Assembly (NCBI RefSeq): GCF_009914755.1
Contig: NC_060937.1
Reading direction: 5' to 3' (one strand)
Source of the DNA: the human T2T-CHM13v2.0 reference genome, Homo sapiens
DNA length: 64,000 bases
Part shown: one piece after another, positions 11,588 to 25,517 of the stretch
Numbering within the stretch: position 1 is the first letter of the stretch
How the letters are laid out: every line of letters starts with the position of its first letter
Program-made: the position numbers and the translations under genes
The notes under the pieces: model-generated
What the model was told of the DNA's origin: nothing
The model's input: only the letters and a program-made list of their open reading frames with translations
Database searches by the model: none

Positions 11588-13455
11588 GTGTTTCAAACCT
11601 GCTCTATGAAAGGCCATGTTCATCTCTATGAGTCGAATGGAAATATCCGAAAGAAATTTCTGGGAATGCTGCTGTCTAGTTTTTATACGAATTCCCGCTT
11701 CCAACGAAATCCTCAAAGCAATCCAAATATCCACTTGCAGAATCCACAAAAAGAGTGTTTCAAAACTGCTCTATCAATAGAAAGGTTCAACTCTTTTAGT
11801 TGAGTACACACATCACAAACAAGTTTCTGAGAATGCTTCTGTCTGGCTTTTATTGGAAGACGTTTCCTTTTCACCAAAGGCATCAAAGCGCTCCAAATGT
11901 CCACTTCCAGATTCTTCCAAAAGAGTGTTTGAAACGTGCTCAAAGTAAGGGAATGTTCAACTCTGTGACTTGAATGCAGATATCACCAAGTAGTTTCTAA
12001 TAGTGCTTCTGTCTAGATTTTAGATGATGATATTCCCGTTTCCAACGAAATCGTTAGAGCTATCCAAATATCCACTTACAGTTTCTACAAAAAGAGTGTT
12101 TCCAAACTGCTGCATCAAAAGAAAGGTTCAACTCTGTTAGTTGAGGACACACATCACAAAGAAGTTTGTGAGAATGCTTCTGTCTAGATTTTGTATGACC
12201 ATATTCCCTTTTCCAGCGATATCATTAAAGCAATCTAAATATCCATTTGCAGAATCCACAAAAATAGAGTTTCAAAGCTGCTCTGTAAAAAGAAAGGTTC
12301 CACTCTGTTAGCTGAGTACACACATCACAAACTTGTTTCTCAGAATCCTTCTGTCTCGTTTTTATGGGAAGATATTTACTTTTTCACCGTAGGCATCAAA
12401 GCGCTCCAAATGTCCACATCCAGATACTCCAGAAAGAGTGTTTCAAACCTGCTCTATGAAAGGGAATCTTCAACTCTATGAGTTGAATGCAGACATCAGA
12501 AAGAAATTTCTGAGAATGCTGCTGTCTACCTTTTATTTGAACTCCCGCTTCCAACGAAATCCTCCAAGCTATCCAAATATCCACTTGCATTTTCCACAAA
12601 AAGAGTGCTTCAAAACTGCTCTATCAATAAATGTTCAACTCCTTTAGCTGGGTGCACACATCACAAACAAGTTTCTGAGAATGCTTCTGTCTAGTTTTTA
12701 TGGGAAGACATTCCCTTTTTCACCAAAGGCATCAAAGCGCTCCAAATGTCCACTTCCAGACACTACAAAAAGAGTGTTTCCAACGTGCTCTAAGAAAGCG
12801 AATGTTCAACTCTGTGACTTGAATGCAGATATCACAAAGTAGTTTCTGAGAGGGCTTCTGTCTAGATTTTAGATGATGATATTCCCGTTTCCAACGAAAT
12901 CATTAGAGCTATCCAAATATCCACTTACAGTTTCTACAAAAAGAGTGTTTCCAAACTGCTGCATCAAAAGAGAGGTTCCACTCTGTTAGCTGAGTACACA
13001 CATCACAAACTTGTTTCTCAGAATCCTTCTGTCTCGTTTTTCTGGGAAGATATTTACTTTTTCACCGTAGGCATCAAAGCGCTCCAAATGTCCACATCCA
13101 GATACTCCAGAAAGAGTGTTTCAAACCTGCTCTATGAAAGGGAATCTTCAACTCTATGAGTTGAATGCAGACATCAGAAAGAAATTTCTGAGAATGCTGC
13201 TGTCTACCTTTTATTTGAATTCCCGCTTCCAACGAAATCCTCCAAGCTATCCAAATATCCACTTGCAGATTCCACAAAAAGAGTGTTTCAAAACTGCTCT
13301 CTATCAATGGCAAAGTTCAACTCTGTTAGTTGAGGACACATATCACCAACAAGTTTCTGAGAATGCTTCTGTCTATTTTTTATGGGAAGATATTTCCTTT
13401 TTCACCGTAGGCGTCAAGGCGATCGAAATGTCCACTTCCACAAACTACAAAAAGA
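11588..13455 (-). repeat. 11-mer HOR (1868 bp), A-del cassette with B-like tail
   Basis: Anchor spacing; ataaatg deletion, but the tail reads ttacag/tctca/gtctc/tttctggg. Confidence 0.92.
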
Positions 13456-16400
13456 GTGTTTCAAACCTGCTCTATGAAAGGCCATGTTCATCTCTATGAG
13501 TCGAATGGAAATATCCGAAAGAAATTTCTGGGAATGCTGCTGTCTAGTTTTTATACGAATTCCCGCTTCCAACGAAATCCTCAAAGCAATCCAAATATCC
13601 ACTTGCAGAATCCACAAAAAGAGTGTTTCAAAACTGCTCTATCAATAGAAAGGTTCAACTCTTTTAGTTGAGTACACACATCACAAACAAGTTTCTGAGA
13701 ATGCTTCTGTCTGGCTTTTATTGGAAGACGTTTCCTTTTCACCAAAGGCATCAAAGCGCTCCAAATGTCCACTTCCAGATTCTTCCAAAAGAGTGTTTGA
13801 AACGTGCTCAAAGTAAGGGAATGTTCAACTCTGTGACTTGAATGCAGATATCACCAAGTAGTTTCTAATAGTGCTTCTGTCTAGATTTTAGATGATGATA
13901 TTCCCGTTTCCAACGAAATCGTTAGAGCTATCCAAATATCCACTTACAGTTGCTACAAAAACAGTGTTTCCAAACTGCTGCATCAAAAGAAAGGTTCAAC
14001 TCTGTTAGTTGAGGACACACATCACAAAGAAGTTTGTGAGAATGCTTCTGTCTAGATTTTGTATGACGATATTCCCTTTTCCAACGATATCGTTAAAGCA
14101 ATCTAAATATCCATTTGCAGAATCCACAAAAATAGAGTTTCAAAGCTGCTCTGTAAAAAGAAAGGTTCCACTCTGTTAGCTGAGTACACACATCACAAAC
14201 TTGTTTCTCAGAATCCTTCTGTCTCGTTTTTATGGGAAGATATTTACTTTTTCACCGTAGGCATCAAAGCGCTCCAAATGTCCACATCCAGATACTCCAG
14301 AAAGAGTGTTTCAAACCTGCTCTATGAAAGGGAATCTTCAACTCTATGAGTTGAATGCAGACATCAGAAAGAAATTTCTGAGAATGCTGCTGTCTACCTT
14401 TTATTTGAATTCCCGCTTCCAACGAAATCCTCCAAGCTATCCAAATATCCACTTGCAGATTCCACAAAAAGAGTGTTTCAAAACTGCTCTCTATCAATGG
14501 CAAAGTTCAACTCTGTTAGTTGAGGACACATATCACCAACAAGTTTCTGAGAATGCTTCTGTCTATTTTTTATGGGAAGATATTTCCTTTTTCACCGTAG
14601 GCGTCAAGGCGATCGAAATGTCCACTTCCACAAACTACAAAAAGAGTGTTTCAAACCTGCTCTATGAAAGGCCATGTTCATCTCTATGAGTCGAATGGAA
14701 ATATCCGAAAGAAATTTCTGGGAATGCTGCTGTCTAGTTTTTATACGAATTCCCGCTTCCAACGAAATCCTCAAAGCAATCCAAATATCCACTTGCAGAA
14801 TCCACAAAAAGAGTGTTTCAAAACTGCTCTATCAATAGAAAGGTTCAACTCTTTTAGTTGAGTACACACATCACAAACAAGTTTCTGAGAATGCTTCTGT
14901 CTGGCTTTTATTGGAAGACGTTTCCTTTTCACCAAAGGCATCAAAGCGCTCCAAATGTCCACTTCCAGATTCTTCCAAAAGAGTGTTTGAAACGTGCTCA
15001 AAGTAAGGGAATGTTCAACTCTGTGACTTGAATGCAGATATCACCAAGTAGTTTCTAATAGTGCTTCTGTCTAGATTTTAGATGATGATATTCCCGTTTC
15101 CAACGAAATCGTTAGAGCTATCCAAATATCCACTTACAGTTGCTACAAAAACAGTGTTTCCAAACTGCTGCATCAAAAGAAAGGTTCAACTCTGTTAGTT
15201 GAGGACACACATCACAAAGAAGTTTGTGAGAATGCTTCTGTCTAGATTTTGTATGACGATATTCCCTTTTCCAACGATATCGTTAAAGCAATCTAAATAT
15301 CCATTTGCAGAATCCACAAAAATAGAGTTTCAAAGCTGCTCTGTAAAAAGAAAGGTTCCACTCTGTTAGCTGAGTACACACATCACAAACTTGTTTCTGA
15401 GAATCCTTCTGTCTCGTTTTTATGGGAAGATATTTACTTTTTCACCGTAGGCATCAAAGCGCTCCAAATGTCCACATCCAGATACTCCAGAAAGAGTGTT
15501 TCAAACCTGCTCTATGAAAGGGAATCTTCAACTCTATGAGTTGAATGCAGACATCAGAAAGAAATTTCTGAGAATGCTGCTGTCTACCTTTTATTTGAAT
15601 TCCCGCTTCCAACGAAATCCTCCAAGCTATCCAAATATCCACTTGCAGATTCCACAAAAAGAGTGTTTCAAAACTGCTCTCTATCAATGGCAAAGTTCAA
15701 CTCTGTTAGTTGAGGACACATATCACCAACAAGTTTCTGAGAATGCTTCTGTCTATTTTTTATGGGAAGATATTTCCTTTTTCACCGTAGGCGTCAAGGC
15801 GATCGAAATGTCCACTTCCACAAACTACAAAAAGAGTGTTTCAAACCTGCTCTATGAAAGGCCATGTTCATCTCTATGAGTCGAATGGAAATATCCGAAA
15901 GAAATTTCTGGGAATGCTGCTGTCTAGTTTTTATACGAATTCCCGCTTCCAACGAAATCCTCAAAGCAATCCAAATATCCACTTGCAGAATCCACAAAAA
16001 GAGTGTTTCAAAACTGCTCTATCAATAGAAAGGTTCAACTCTTTTAGTTGAGTACACACATCACAAACAAGTTTCTGAGAATGCTTCTGTCTGGCTTTTA
16101 TTGGAAGACGTTTCCTTTTCACCAAAGGCATCAAAGCGCTCCAAATGTCCACTTCCAGATTCTTCCAAAAGAGTGTTTGAAACGTGCTCAAAGTAAGGGA
16201 ATGTTCAACTCTGTGACTTGAATGCAGATATCACCAAGTAGTTTCTAATAGTGCTTCTGTCTAGATTTTAGATGATGATATTCCCGTTTCCAACGAAATC
16301 GTTAGAGCTATCCAAATATCCACTTACAGTTGCTACAAAAACAGTGTTTCCAAACTGCTGCATCAAAAGAAAGGTTCAACTCTGTTAGTTGAGGACACAC

Positions 16401-18215
16401 ATCACAAAGAAGTTTGTGAGAATGCTTCTGTCTAGATTTTGTATGACGATATTCCCTTTTCCAACGATATCGTTAAAGCAATCTAAATATCCATTTGCAG
16501 AATCCACAAAAATAGAGTTTCAAAGCTGCTCTGTAAAAAGAAAGGTTCCACTCTGTTAGCTGAGTACACACATCACAAACTTGTTTCTCAGAATCCTTCT
16601 GTCTCGTTTTTATGGGAAGATATTTACTTTTTCACCGTAGGCATCAAAGCGCTCCAAATGTCCACATCCAGATACTCCAGAAAGAGTGTTTCAAACCTGC
16701 TCTATGAAAGGGAATCTTCAACTCTATGAGTTGAATGCAGACATCAGAAAGAAATTTCTGAGAATGCTGCTGTCTACCTTTTATTTGAATTCCCGCTTCC
16801 AACGAAATCCTCCAAGCTATCCAAATATCCACTTGCAGATTCCACAAAAAGAGTGTTTCAAAACTGCTCTCTATCAATGGCAAAGTTCAACTCTGTTAGT
16901 TGAGGACACATATCACCAACAAGTTTCTGAGAATGCTTCTGTCTATTTTTTATGGGAAGATATTTCCTTTTTCACCGTAGGCGTCAAGGCGATCGAAATG
17001 TCCACTTCCACAAACTACAAAAAGAGTGTTTCAAACCTGCTCTATGAAAGGCCATGTTCATCTCTATGAGTCGAATGGAAATATCCGAAAGAAATTTCTG
17101 GGAATGCTGCTGTCTAGTTTTTATACGAATTCCCGCTTCCAACGAAATCCTCAAAGCAATCCAAATATCCACTTGCAGAATCCACAAAAAGAGTGTTTCA
17201 AAACTGCTCTATCAATAGAAAGGTTCAACTCTTTTAGTTGAGTACACACATCACAAACAAGTTTCTGAGAATGCTTCTGTCTGGCTTTTATTGGAAGACG
17301 TTTCCTTTTCACCAAAGGCATCAAAGCGCTCCAAATGTCCACTTCCAGATTCTTCCAAAAGAGTGTTTGAAACGTGCTCAAAGTAAGGGAATGTTCAACT
17401 CTGTGACTTGAATGCAGATATCACCAAGTAGTTTCTAATAGTGCTTCTGTCTAGATTTTAGATGATGATATTCCCGTTTCCAACGAAATCGTTAGAGCTA
17501 TCCAAATATCCACTTACAGTTGCTACAAAAACAGTGTTTCCAAACTGCTGCATCAAAAGAAAGGTTCAACTCTGTTAGTTGAGGACACACATCACAAAGA
17601 AGTTTGTGAGAATGCTTCTGTCTAGATTTTGTATGACGATATTCCCTTTTCCAACGATATCGTTAAAGCAATCTAAATATCCATTTGCAGAATCCACAAA
17701 AATAGAGTTTCAAAGCTGCTCTGTAAAAAGAAAGGTTCCACTCTGTTAGCTGAGTACACACATCACAAACTTGTTTCTGAGAATCCTTCTGTCTCGTTTT
17801 TATGGGAAGATATTTACTTTTTCACCGTAGGCATCAAAGCGCTCCAAATGTCCACATCCAGATACTCCAGAAAGAGTGTTTCAAACCTGCTCTATGAAAG
17901 GGAATCTTCAACTCTATGAGTTGAATGCAGACATCAGAAAGAAATTTCTGAGAATGCTGCTGTCTACCTTTTATTTGAATTCCCGCTTCCAACGAAATCC
18001 TCCAAGCTATCCAAATATCCACTTGCAGATTCCACAAAAAGAGTGTTTCAAAACTGCTCTCTATCAATGGCAAAGTTCAACTCTGTTAGTTGAGGACACA
18101 TATCACCAACAAGTTTCTGAGAATGCTTCTGTCTATTTTTTATGGGAAGATATTTCCTTTTTCACCGTAGGCGTCAAGGCGATCGAAATGTCCACTTCCA
18201 CAAACTACAAAAAGA
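13456..18215 (-). repeat. Run of four 7-mer HORs (longest run in the window)
   Basis: Anchors 13456, 14646, 15836, 17026, 18216. Confidence 0.95.
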
Positions 18216-20081
18216 GTGTTTCAAACCTGCTCTATGAAAGGCCATGTTCATCTCTATGAGTCGAATGGAAATATCCGAAAGAAATTTCTGGGAATGCTGC
18301 TGTCTAGTTTTTATACGAATTCCCGCTTCCAACGAAATCCTCAAAGCAATCCAAATATCCACTTGCAGAATCCACAAAAAGAGTGTTTCAAAACTGCTCT
18401 ATCAATAGAAAGGTTCAACTCTTTTAGTTGAGTACACACATCACAAACAAGTTTCTGAGAATGCTTCTGTCTGGCTTTTATTGGAAGACGTTTCCTTTTC
18501 ACCAAAGGCATCAAAGCGCTCCAAATGTCCACTTCCAGATTCTTCCAAAAGAGTGTTTGAAACGTGCTCAAAGTAAGGGAATGTTCAACTCTGTGACTTG
18601 AATGCAGATATCACCAAGTAGTTTCTAATAGTGCTTCTGTCTAGATTTTAGATGATGATATTCCCGTTTCCAACGAAATCGTTAGAGCTATCCAAATATC
18701 CACTTAGTTTCTACAAAAAGAGTGTTTCCAAACTGCTGCATCAAAAGAAAGGTTCAACTCTGTTAGTTGAGGACACACATCACAAAGAAGTTTGTGAGAA
18801 TGCTTCTGTCTAGATTTTGTATGACCATATTCCCTTTTCCAGCGATATCATTAAAGCAATCTAAATATCCATTTGCAGAATCCACAAGAATAGAGTTTCA
18901 AAGCTGCTCTGTAAAAAGAAAGGTTCCACTCTGTTAGCTGAGTACACACATCACAAACTTGTTTCTGAGAATCCTTCTGTCTCGTTTTTATGGGAAGATA
19001 TTTACTTTTTCACCGTAGGCATCAAAGCGCTCCAAATGTCCACATCCAGATACTCCAGAAAGAGTGTTTCAAACCTGCTCTATGAAAGGGAATCTTCAAC
19101 TCTATGAGTTGAATGCAGACATCAGAAAGAAATTTCTGAGAATGCTGCTGTCTACCTTTTATTTGAATTCCCGCTTCCAACGAAATCCTCCAAGCTATCC
19201 AAATATCCACTTGCATTTTCCACAAAAAGAGTGCTTCAAAACTGCTCTATCAATAAATGTTCAACTCCTTTAGCTGGGTGCACACATCACAAACAAGTTT
19301 CTGAGAATGCTTCTGTCTAGTTTTTATGGGAAGACATTCCCTTTTTCACCAAAGGCATCAAAGCGCTCCAAATGTCCACTTCCAGACACTACAAAAAGAG
19401 TGTTTCCAACGTGCTCTAAGAAAGCGAATGTTCAACTCTGTGACTTGAATGCAGATATCACAAAGTAGTTTCTGAGAGGGCTTCTGTCTAGATTTTAGAT
19501 GATGATATTCCCGTTTCCAACGAAATCATTAGAGCTATCCAAATATCCACTTACGGTTTCTACAAAAAGAGTGTTTCCAAACTGCTGCATCAAAAGAGAG
19601 GTTCCACTCTGTTAGCTGAGTACACACATCACAAACTTGTTTCTGAGAATCCTTCTGTGTCGTTTTTATGGGAAGATATTTACTTTTTCACCGTAGGCAT
19701 CAAAGCGCTCCAAATGTCCACATCCAGATACTCCAGAAAGAGTGTTTCAAACCTGCTCTATGAAAGGGAATCTTCAACTCTATGAGTTGAATGCAGACAT
19801 CAGAAAGAAATTTCTGAGAATGCTGCTGTCTACCTTTTATTTGAATTCCCGCTTCCAACGAAATCCTCCAAGCTATCCAAATATCCACTTGCAGATTCCA
19901 CAAAAAGAGTGTTTCAAAACTGCTCTCTATCAATGGCAAAGTTCAACTCTGTTAGTTGAGGACACATATCACCAACAAGTTTCTGAGAATGCTTCTGTCT
20001 ATTTTTTATGGGAAGATATTTCCTTTTTCACCGTAGGCGTCAAGGCGATCGAAATGTCCACTTCCACAAACTACAAAAAGA
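18216..20081 (-). repeat. 11-mer HOR (1866 bp), two 2-bp deletions
   Basis: cacttagtttc (~18706) plus ataaatg (~19255). Confidence 0.93.
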
Positions 20082-22461
20082 GTGTTTCAAACCTGCTCTA
20101 TGAAAGGCCATGTTCATCTCTATGAGTCGAATGGAAATATCCGAAAGAAATTTCTGGGAATGCTGCTGTCTAGTTTTTATACGAATTCCCGCTTCCAACG
20201 AAATCCTCAAAGCAATCCAAATATCCACTTGCAGAATCCACAAAAAGAGTGTTTCAAAACTGCTCTATCAATAGAAAGGTTCAACTCTTTTAGTTGAGTA
20301 CACACATCACAAACAAGTTTCTGAGAATGCTTCTGTCTGGCTTTTATTGGAAGACGTTTCCTTTTCACCAAAGGCATCAAAGCGCTCCAAATGTCCACTT
20401 CCAGATTCTTCCAAAAGAGTGTTTGAAACGTGCTCAAAGTAAGGGAATGTTCAACTCTGTGACTTGAATGCAGATATCACCAAGTAGTTTCTAATAGTGC
20501 TTCTGTCTAGATTTTAGATGATGATATTCCCGTTTCCAACGAAATCGTTAGAGCTATCCAAATATCCACTTACAGTTGCTACAAAAACAGTGTTTCCAAA
20601 CTGCTGCATCAAAAGAAAGGTTCAACTCTGTTAGTTGAGGACACACATCACAAAGAAGTTTGTGAGAATGCTTCTGTCTAGATTTTGTATGACGATATTC
20701 CCTTTTCCAACGATATCGTTAAAGCAATCTAAATATCCATTTGCAGAATCCACAAAAATAGAGTTTCAAAGCTGCTCTGTAAAAAGAAAGGTTCCACTCT
20801 GTTAGCTGAGTACACACATCACAAACTTGTTTCTCAGAATCCTTCTGTCTCGTTTTTATGGGAAGATATTTACTTTTTCACCGTAGGCATCAAAGCGCTC
20901 CAAATGTCCACATCCAGATACTCCAGAAAGAGTGTTTCAAACCTGCTCTATGAAAGGGAATCTTCAACTCTATGAGTTGAATGCAGACATCAGAAAGAAA
21001 TTTCTGAGAATGCTGCTGTCTACCTTTTATTTGAATTCCCGCTTCCAACGAAATCCTCCAAGCTATCCAAATATCCACTTGCAGATTCCACAAAAAGAGT
21101 GTTTCAAAACTGCTCTCTATCAATGGCAAAGTTCAACTCTGTTAGTTGAGGACACATATCACCAACAAGTTTCTGAGAATGCTTCTGTCTATTTTTTATG
21201 GGAAGATATTTCCTTTTTCACCGTAGGCGTCAAGGCGATCGAAATGTCCACTTCCACAAACTACAAAAAGAGTGTTTCAAACCTGCTCTATGAAAGGCCA
21301 TGTTCATCTCTATGAGTCGAATGGAAATATCCGAAAGAAATTTCTGGGAATGCTGCTGTCTAGTTTTTATACGAATTCCCGCTTCCAACGAAATCCTCAA
21401 AGCAATCCAAATATCCACTTGCAGAATCCACAAAAAGAGTGTTTCAAAACTGCTCTATCAATAGAAAGGTTCAACTCTTTTAGTTGAGTACACACATCAC
21501 AAACAAGTTTCTGAGAATGCTTCTGTCTGGCTTTTATTGGAAGACGTTTCCTTTTCACCAAAGGCATCAAAGCGCTCCAAATGTCCACTTCCAGATTCTT
21601 CCAAAAGAGTGTTTGAAACGTGCTCAAAGTAAGGGAATGTTCAACTCTGTGACTTGAATGCAGATATCACCAAGTAGTTTCTAATAGTGCTTCTGTCTAG
21701 ATTTTAGATGATGATATTCCCGTTTCCAACGAAATCGTTAGAGCTATCCAAATATCCACTTACAGTTGCTACAAAAACAGTGTTTCCAAACTGCTGCATC
21801 AAAAGAAAGGTTCAACTCTGTTAGTTGAGGACACACATCACAAAGAAGTTTGTGAGAATGCTTCTGTCTAGATTTTGTATGACGATATTCCCTTTTCCAA
21901 CGATATCGTTAAAGCAATCTAAATATCCATTTGCAGAATCCACAAAAATAGAGTTTCAAAGCTGCTCTGTAAAAAGAAAGGTTCCACTCTGTTAGCTGAG
22001 TACACACATCACAAACTTGTTTCTGAGAATCCTTCTGTCTCGTTTTTATGGGAAGATATTTACTTTTTCACCGTAGGCATCAAAGCGCTCCAAATGTCCA
22101 CATCCAGATACTCCAGAAAGAGTGTTTCAAACCTGCTCTATGAAAGGGAATCTTCAACTCTATGAGTTGAATGCAGACATCAGAAAGAAATTTCTGAGAA
22201 TGCTGCTGTCTACCTTTTATTTGAATTCCCGCTTCCAACGAAATCCTCCAAGCTATCCAAATATCCACTTGCAGATTCCACAAAAAGAGTGTTTCAAAAC
22301 TGCTCTCTATCAATGGCAAAGTTCAACTCTGTTAGTTGAGGACACATATCACCAACAAGTTTCTGAGAATGCTTCTGTCTATTTTTTATGGGAAGATATT
22401 TCCTTTTTCACCGTAGGCGTCAAGGCGATCGAAATGTCCACTTCCACAAACTACAAAAAGA

Positions 22462-24327
22462 GTGTTTCAAACCTGCTCTATGAAAGGCCATGTTCATCTC
22501 TATGAGTCGAATGGAAATATCCGAAAGAAATTTCTGGGAATGCTGCTGTCTAGTTTTTATACGAATTCCCGCTTCCAACGAAATCCTCAAAGCAATCCAA
22601 ATATCCACTTGCAGAATCCACAAAAAGAGTGTTTCAAAACTGCTCTATCAATAGAAAGGTTCAACTCTTTTAGTTGAGTACACACATCACAAACAAGTTT
22701 CTGAGAATGCTTCTGTCTGGCTTTTATTGGAAGACGTTTCCTTTTCACCAAAGGCATCAAAGCGCTCCAAATGTCCACTTCCAGATTCTTCCAAAAGAGT
22801 GTTTGAAACGTGCTCAAAGTAAGGGAATGTTCAACTCTGTGACTTGAATGCAGATATCACCAAGTAGTTTCTAATAGTGCTTCTGTCTAGATTTTAGATG
22901 ATGATATTCCCGTTTCCAACGAAATCGTTAGAGCTATCCAAATATCCACTTAGTTTCTACAAAAAGAGTGTTTCCAAACTGCTGCATCAAAAGAAAGGTT
23001 CAACTCTGTTAGTTGAGGACACACATCACAAAGAAGTTTGTGAGAATGCTTCTGTCTAGATTTTGTATGACCATATTCCCTTTTCCAGCGATATCATTAA
23101 AGCAATCTAAATATCCATTTGCAGAATCCACAAGAATAGAGTTTCAAAGCTGCTCTGTAAAAAGAAAGGTTCCACTCTGTTAGCTGAGTACACACATCAC
23201 AAACTTGTTTCTGAGAATCCTTCTGTCTCGTTTTTATGGGAAGATATTTACTTTTTCACCGTAGGCATCAAAGCGCTCCAAATGTCCACATCCAGATACT
23301 CCAGAAAGAGTGTTTCAAACCTGCTCTATGAAAGGGAATCTTCAACTCTATGAGTTGAATGCAGACATCAGAAAGAAATTTCTGAGAATGCTGCTGTCTA
23401 CCTTTTATTTGAATTCCCGCTTCCAACGAAATCCTCCAAGCTATCCAAATATCCACTTGCATTTTCCACAAAAAGAGTGCTTCAAAACTGCTCTATCAAT
23501 AAATGTTCAACTCCTTTAGCTGGGTGCACACATCACAAACAAGTTTCTGAGAATGCTTCTGTCTAGTTTTTATGGGAAGACATTCCCTTTTTCACCAAAG
23601 GCATCAAAGCGCTCCAAATGTCCACTTCCAGACACTACAAAAAGAGTGTTTCCAACGTGCTCTAAGAAAGCGAATGTTCAACTCTGTGACTTGAATGCAG
23701 ATATCACAAAGTAGTTTCTGAGAGGGCTTCTGTCTAGATTTTAGATGATGATATTCCCGTTTCCAACGAAATCATTAGAGCTATCCAAATATCCACTTAC
23801 GGTTTCTACAAAAAGAGTGTTTCCAAACTGCTGCATCAAAAGAGAGGTTCCACTCTGTTAGCTGAGTACACACATCACAAACTTGTTTCTGAGAATCCTT
23901 CTGTGTCGTTTTTATGGGAAGATATTTACTTTTTCACCGTAGGCATCAAAGCGCTCCAAATGTCCACATCCAGATACTCCAGAAAGAGTGTTTCAAACCT
24001 GCTCTATGAAAGGGAATCTTCAACTCTATGAGTTGAATGCAGACATCAGAAAGAAATTTCTGAGAATGCTGCTGTCTACCTTTTATTTGAATTCCCGCTT
24101 CCAACGAAATCCTCCAAGCTATCCAAATATCCACTTGCAGATTCCACAAAAAGAGTGTTTCAAAACTGCTCTCTATCAATGGCAAAGTTCAACTCTGTTA
24201 GTTGAGGACACATATCACCAACAAGTTTCTGAGAATGCTTCTGTCTATTTTTTATGGGAAGATATTTCCTTTTTCACCGTAGGCGTCAAGGCGATCGAAA
24301 TGTCCACTTCCACAAACTACAAAAAGA
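22462..24327 (-). repeat. 11-mer HOR (1866 bp), copy of 18216-20081
   Basis: Same two deletions and shared private G (18888/23134). Confidence 0.93.
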
Positions 24328-25517
24328 GTGTTTCAAACCTGCTCTATGAAAGGCCATGTTCATCTCTATGAGTCGAATGGAAATATCCGAAAGAAATTTC
24401 TGGGAATGCTGCTGTCTAGTTTTTATACGAATTCCCGCTTCCAACGAAATCCTCAAAGCAATCCAAATATCCACTTGCAGAATCCACAAAAAGAGTGTTT
24501 CAAAACTGCTCTATCAATAGAAAGGTTCAACTCTTTTAGTTGAGTACACACATCACAAACAAGTTTCTGAGAATGCTTCTGTCTGGCTTTTATTGGAAGA
24601 CGTTTCCTTTTCACCAAAGGCATCAAAGCGCTCCAAATGTCCACTTCCAGATTCTTCCAAAAGAGTGTTTGAAACGTGCTCAAAGTAAGGGAATGTTCAA
24701 CTCTGTGACTTGAATGCAGATATCACCAAGTAGTTTCTAATAGTGCTTCTGTCTAGATTTTAGATGATGATATTCCCGTTTCCAACGAAATCGTTAGAGC
24801 TATCCAAATATCCACTTACAGTTGCTACAAAAACAGTGTTTCCAAACTGCTGCATCAAAAGAAAGGTTCAACTCTGTTAGTTGAGGACACACATCACAAA
24901 GAAGTTTGTGAGAATGCTTCTGTCTAGATTTTGTATGAAGATATTCCCTTTTCCAACGATATCGTTAAAGCAATCTAAATATCCATTTGCAGAATCCACA
25001 AAAATAGAGTTTCAAAGCTGCTCTGTAAAAAGAAAGGTTCCACTCTGTTAGCTGAGTACACACATCACAAACTTGTTTCTCAGAATCCTTCTGTCTCGTT
25101 TTTATGGGAAGATATTTACTTTTTCACCGTAGGCATCAAAGCGCTCCAAATGTCCACATCCAGATACTCCAGAAAGAGTGTTTCAAACCTGCTCTATGAA
25201 AGGGAATCTTCAACTCTATGAGTTGAATGCAGACATCAGAAAGAAATTTCTGAGAATGCTGCTGTCTACCTTTTATTTGAATTCCCGCTTCCAACGAAAT
25301 CCTCCAAGCTATCCAAATATCCACTTGCAGATTCCACAAAAAGAGTGTTTCAAAACTGCTCTCTATCAATGGCAAAGTTCAACTCTGTTAGTTGAGGACA
25401 CATATCACCAACAAGTTTCTGAGAATGCTTCTGTCTATTTTTTATGGGAAGATATTTCCTTTTTCACCGTAGGCGTCAAGGCGATCGAAATGTCCACTTC
25501 CACAAACTACAAAAAGA

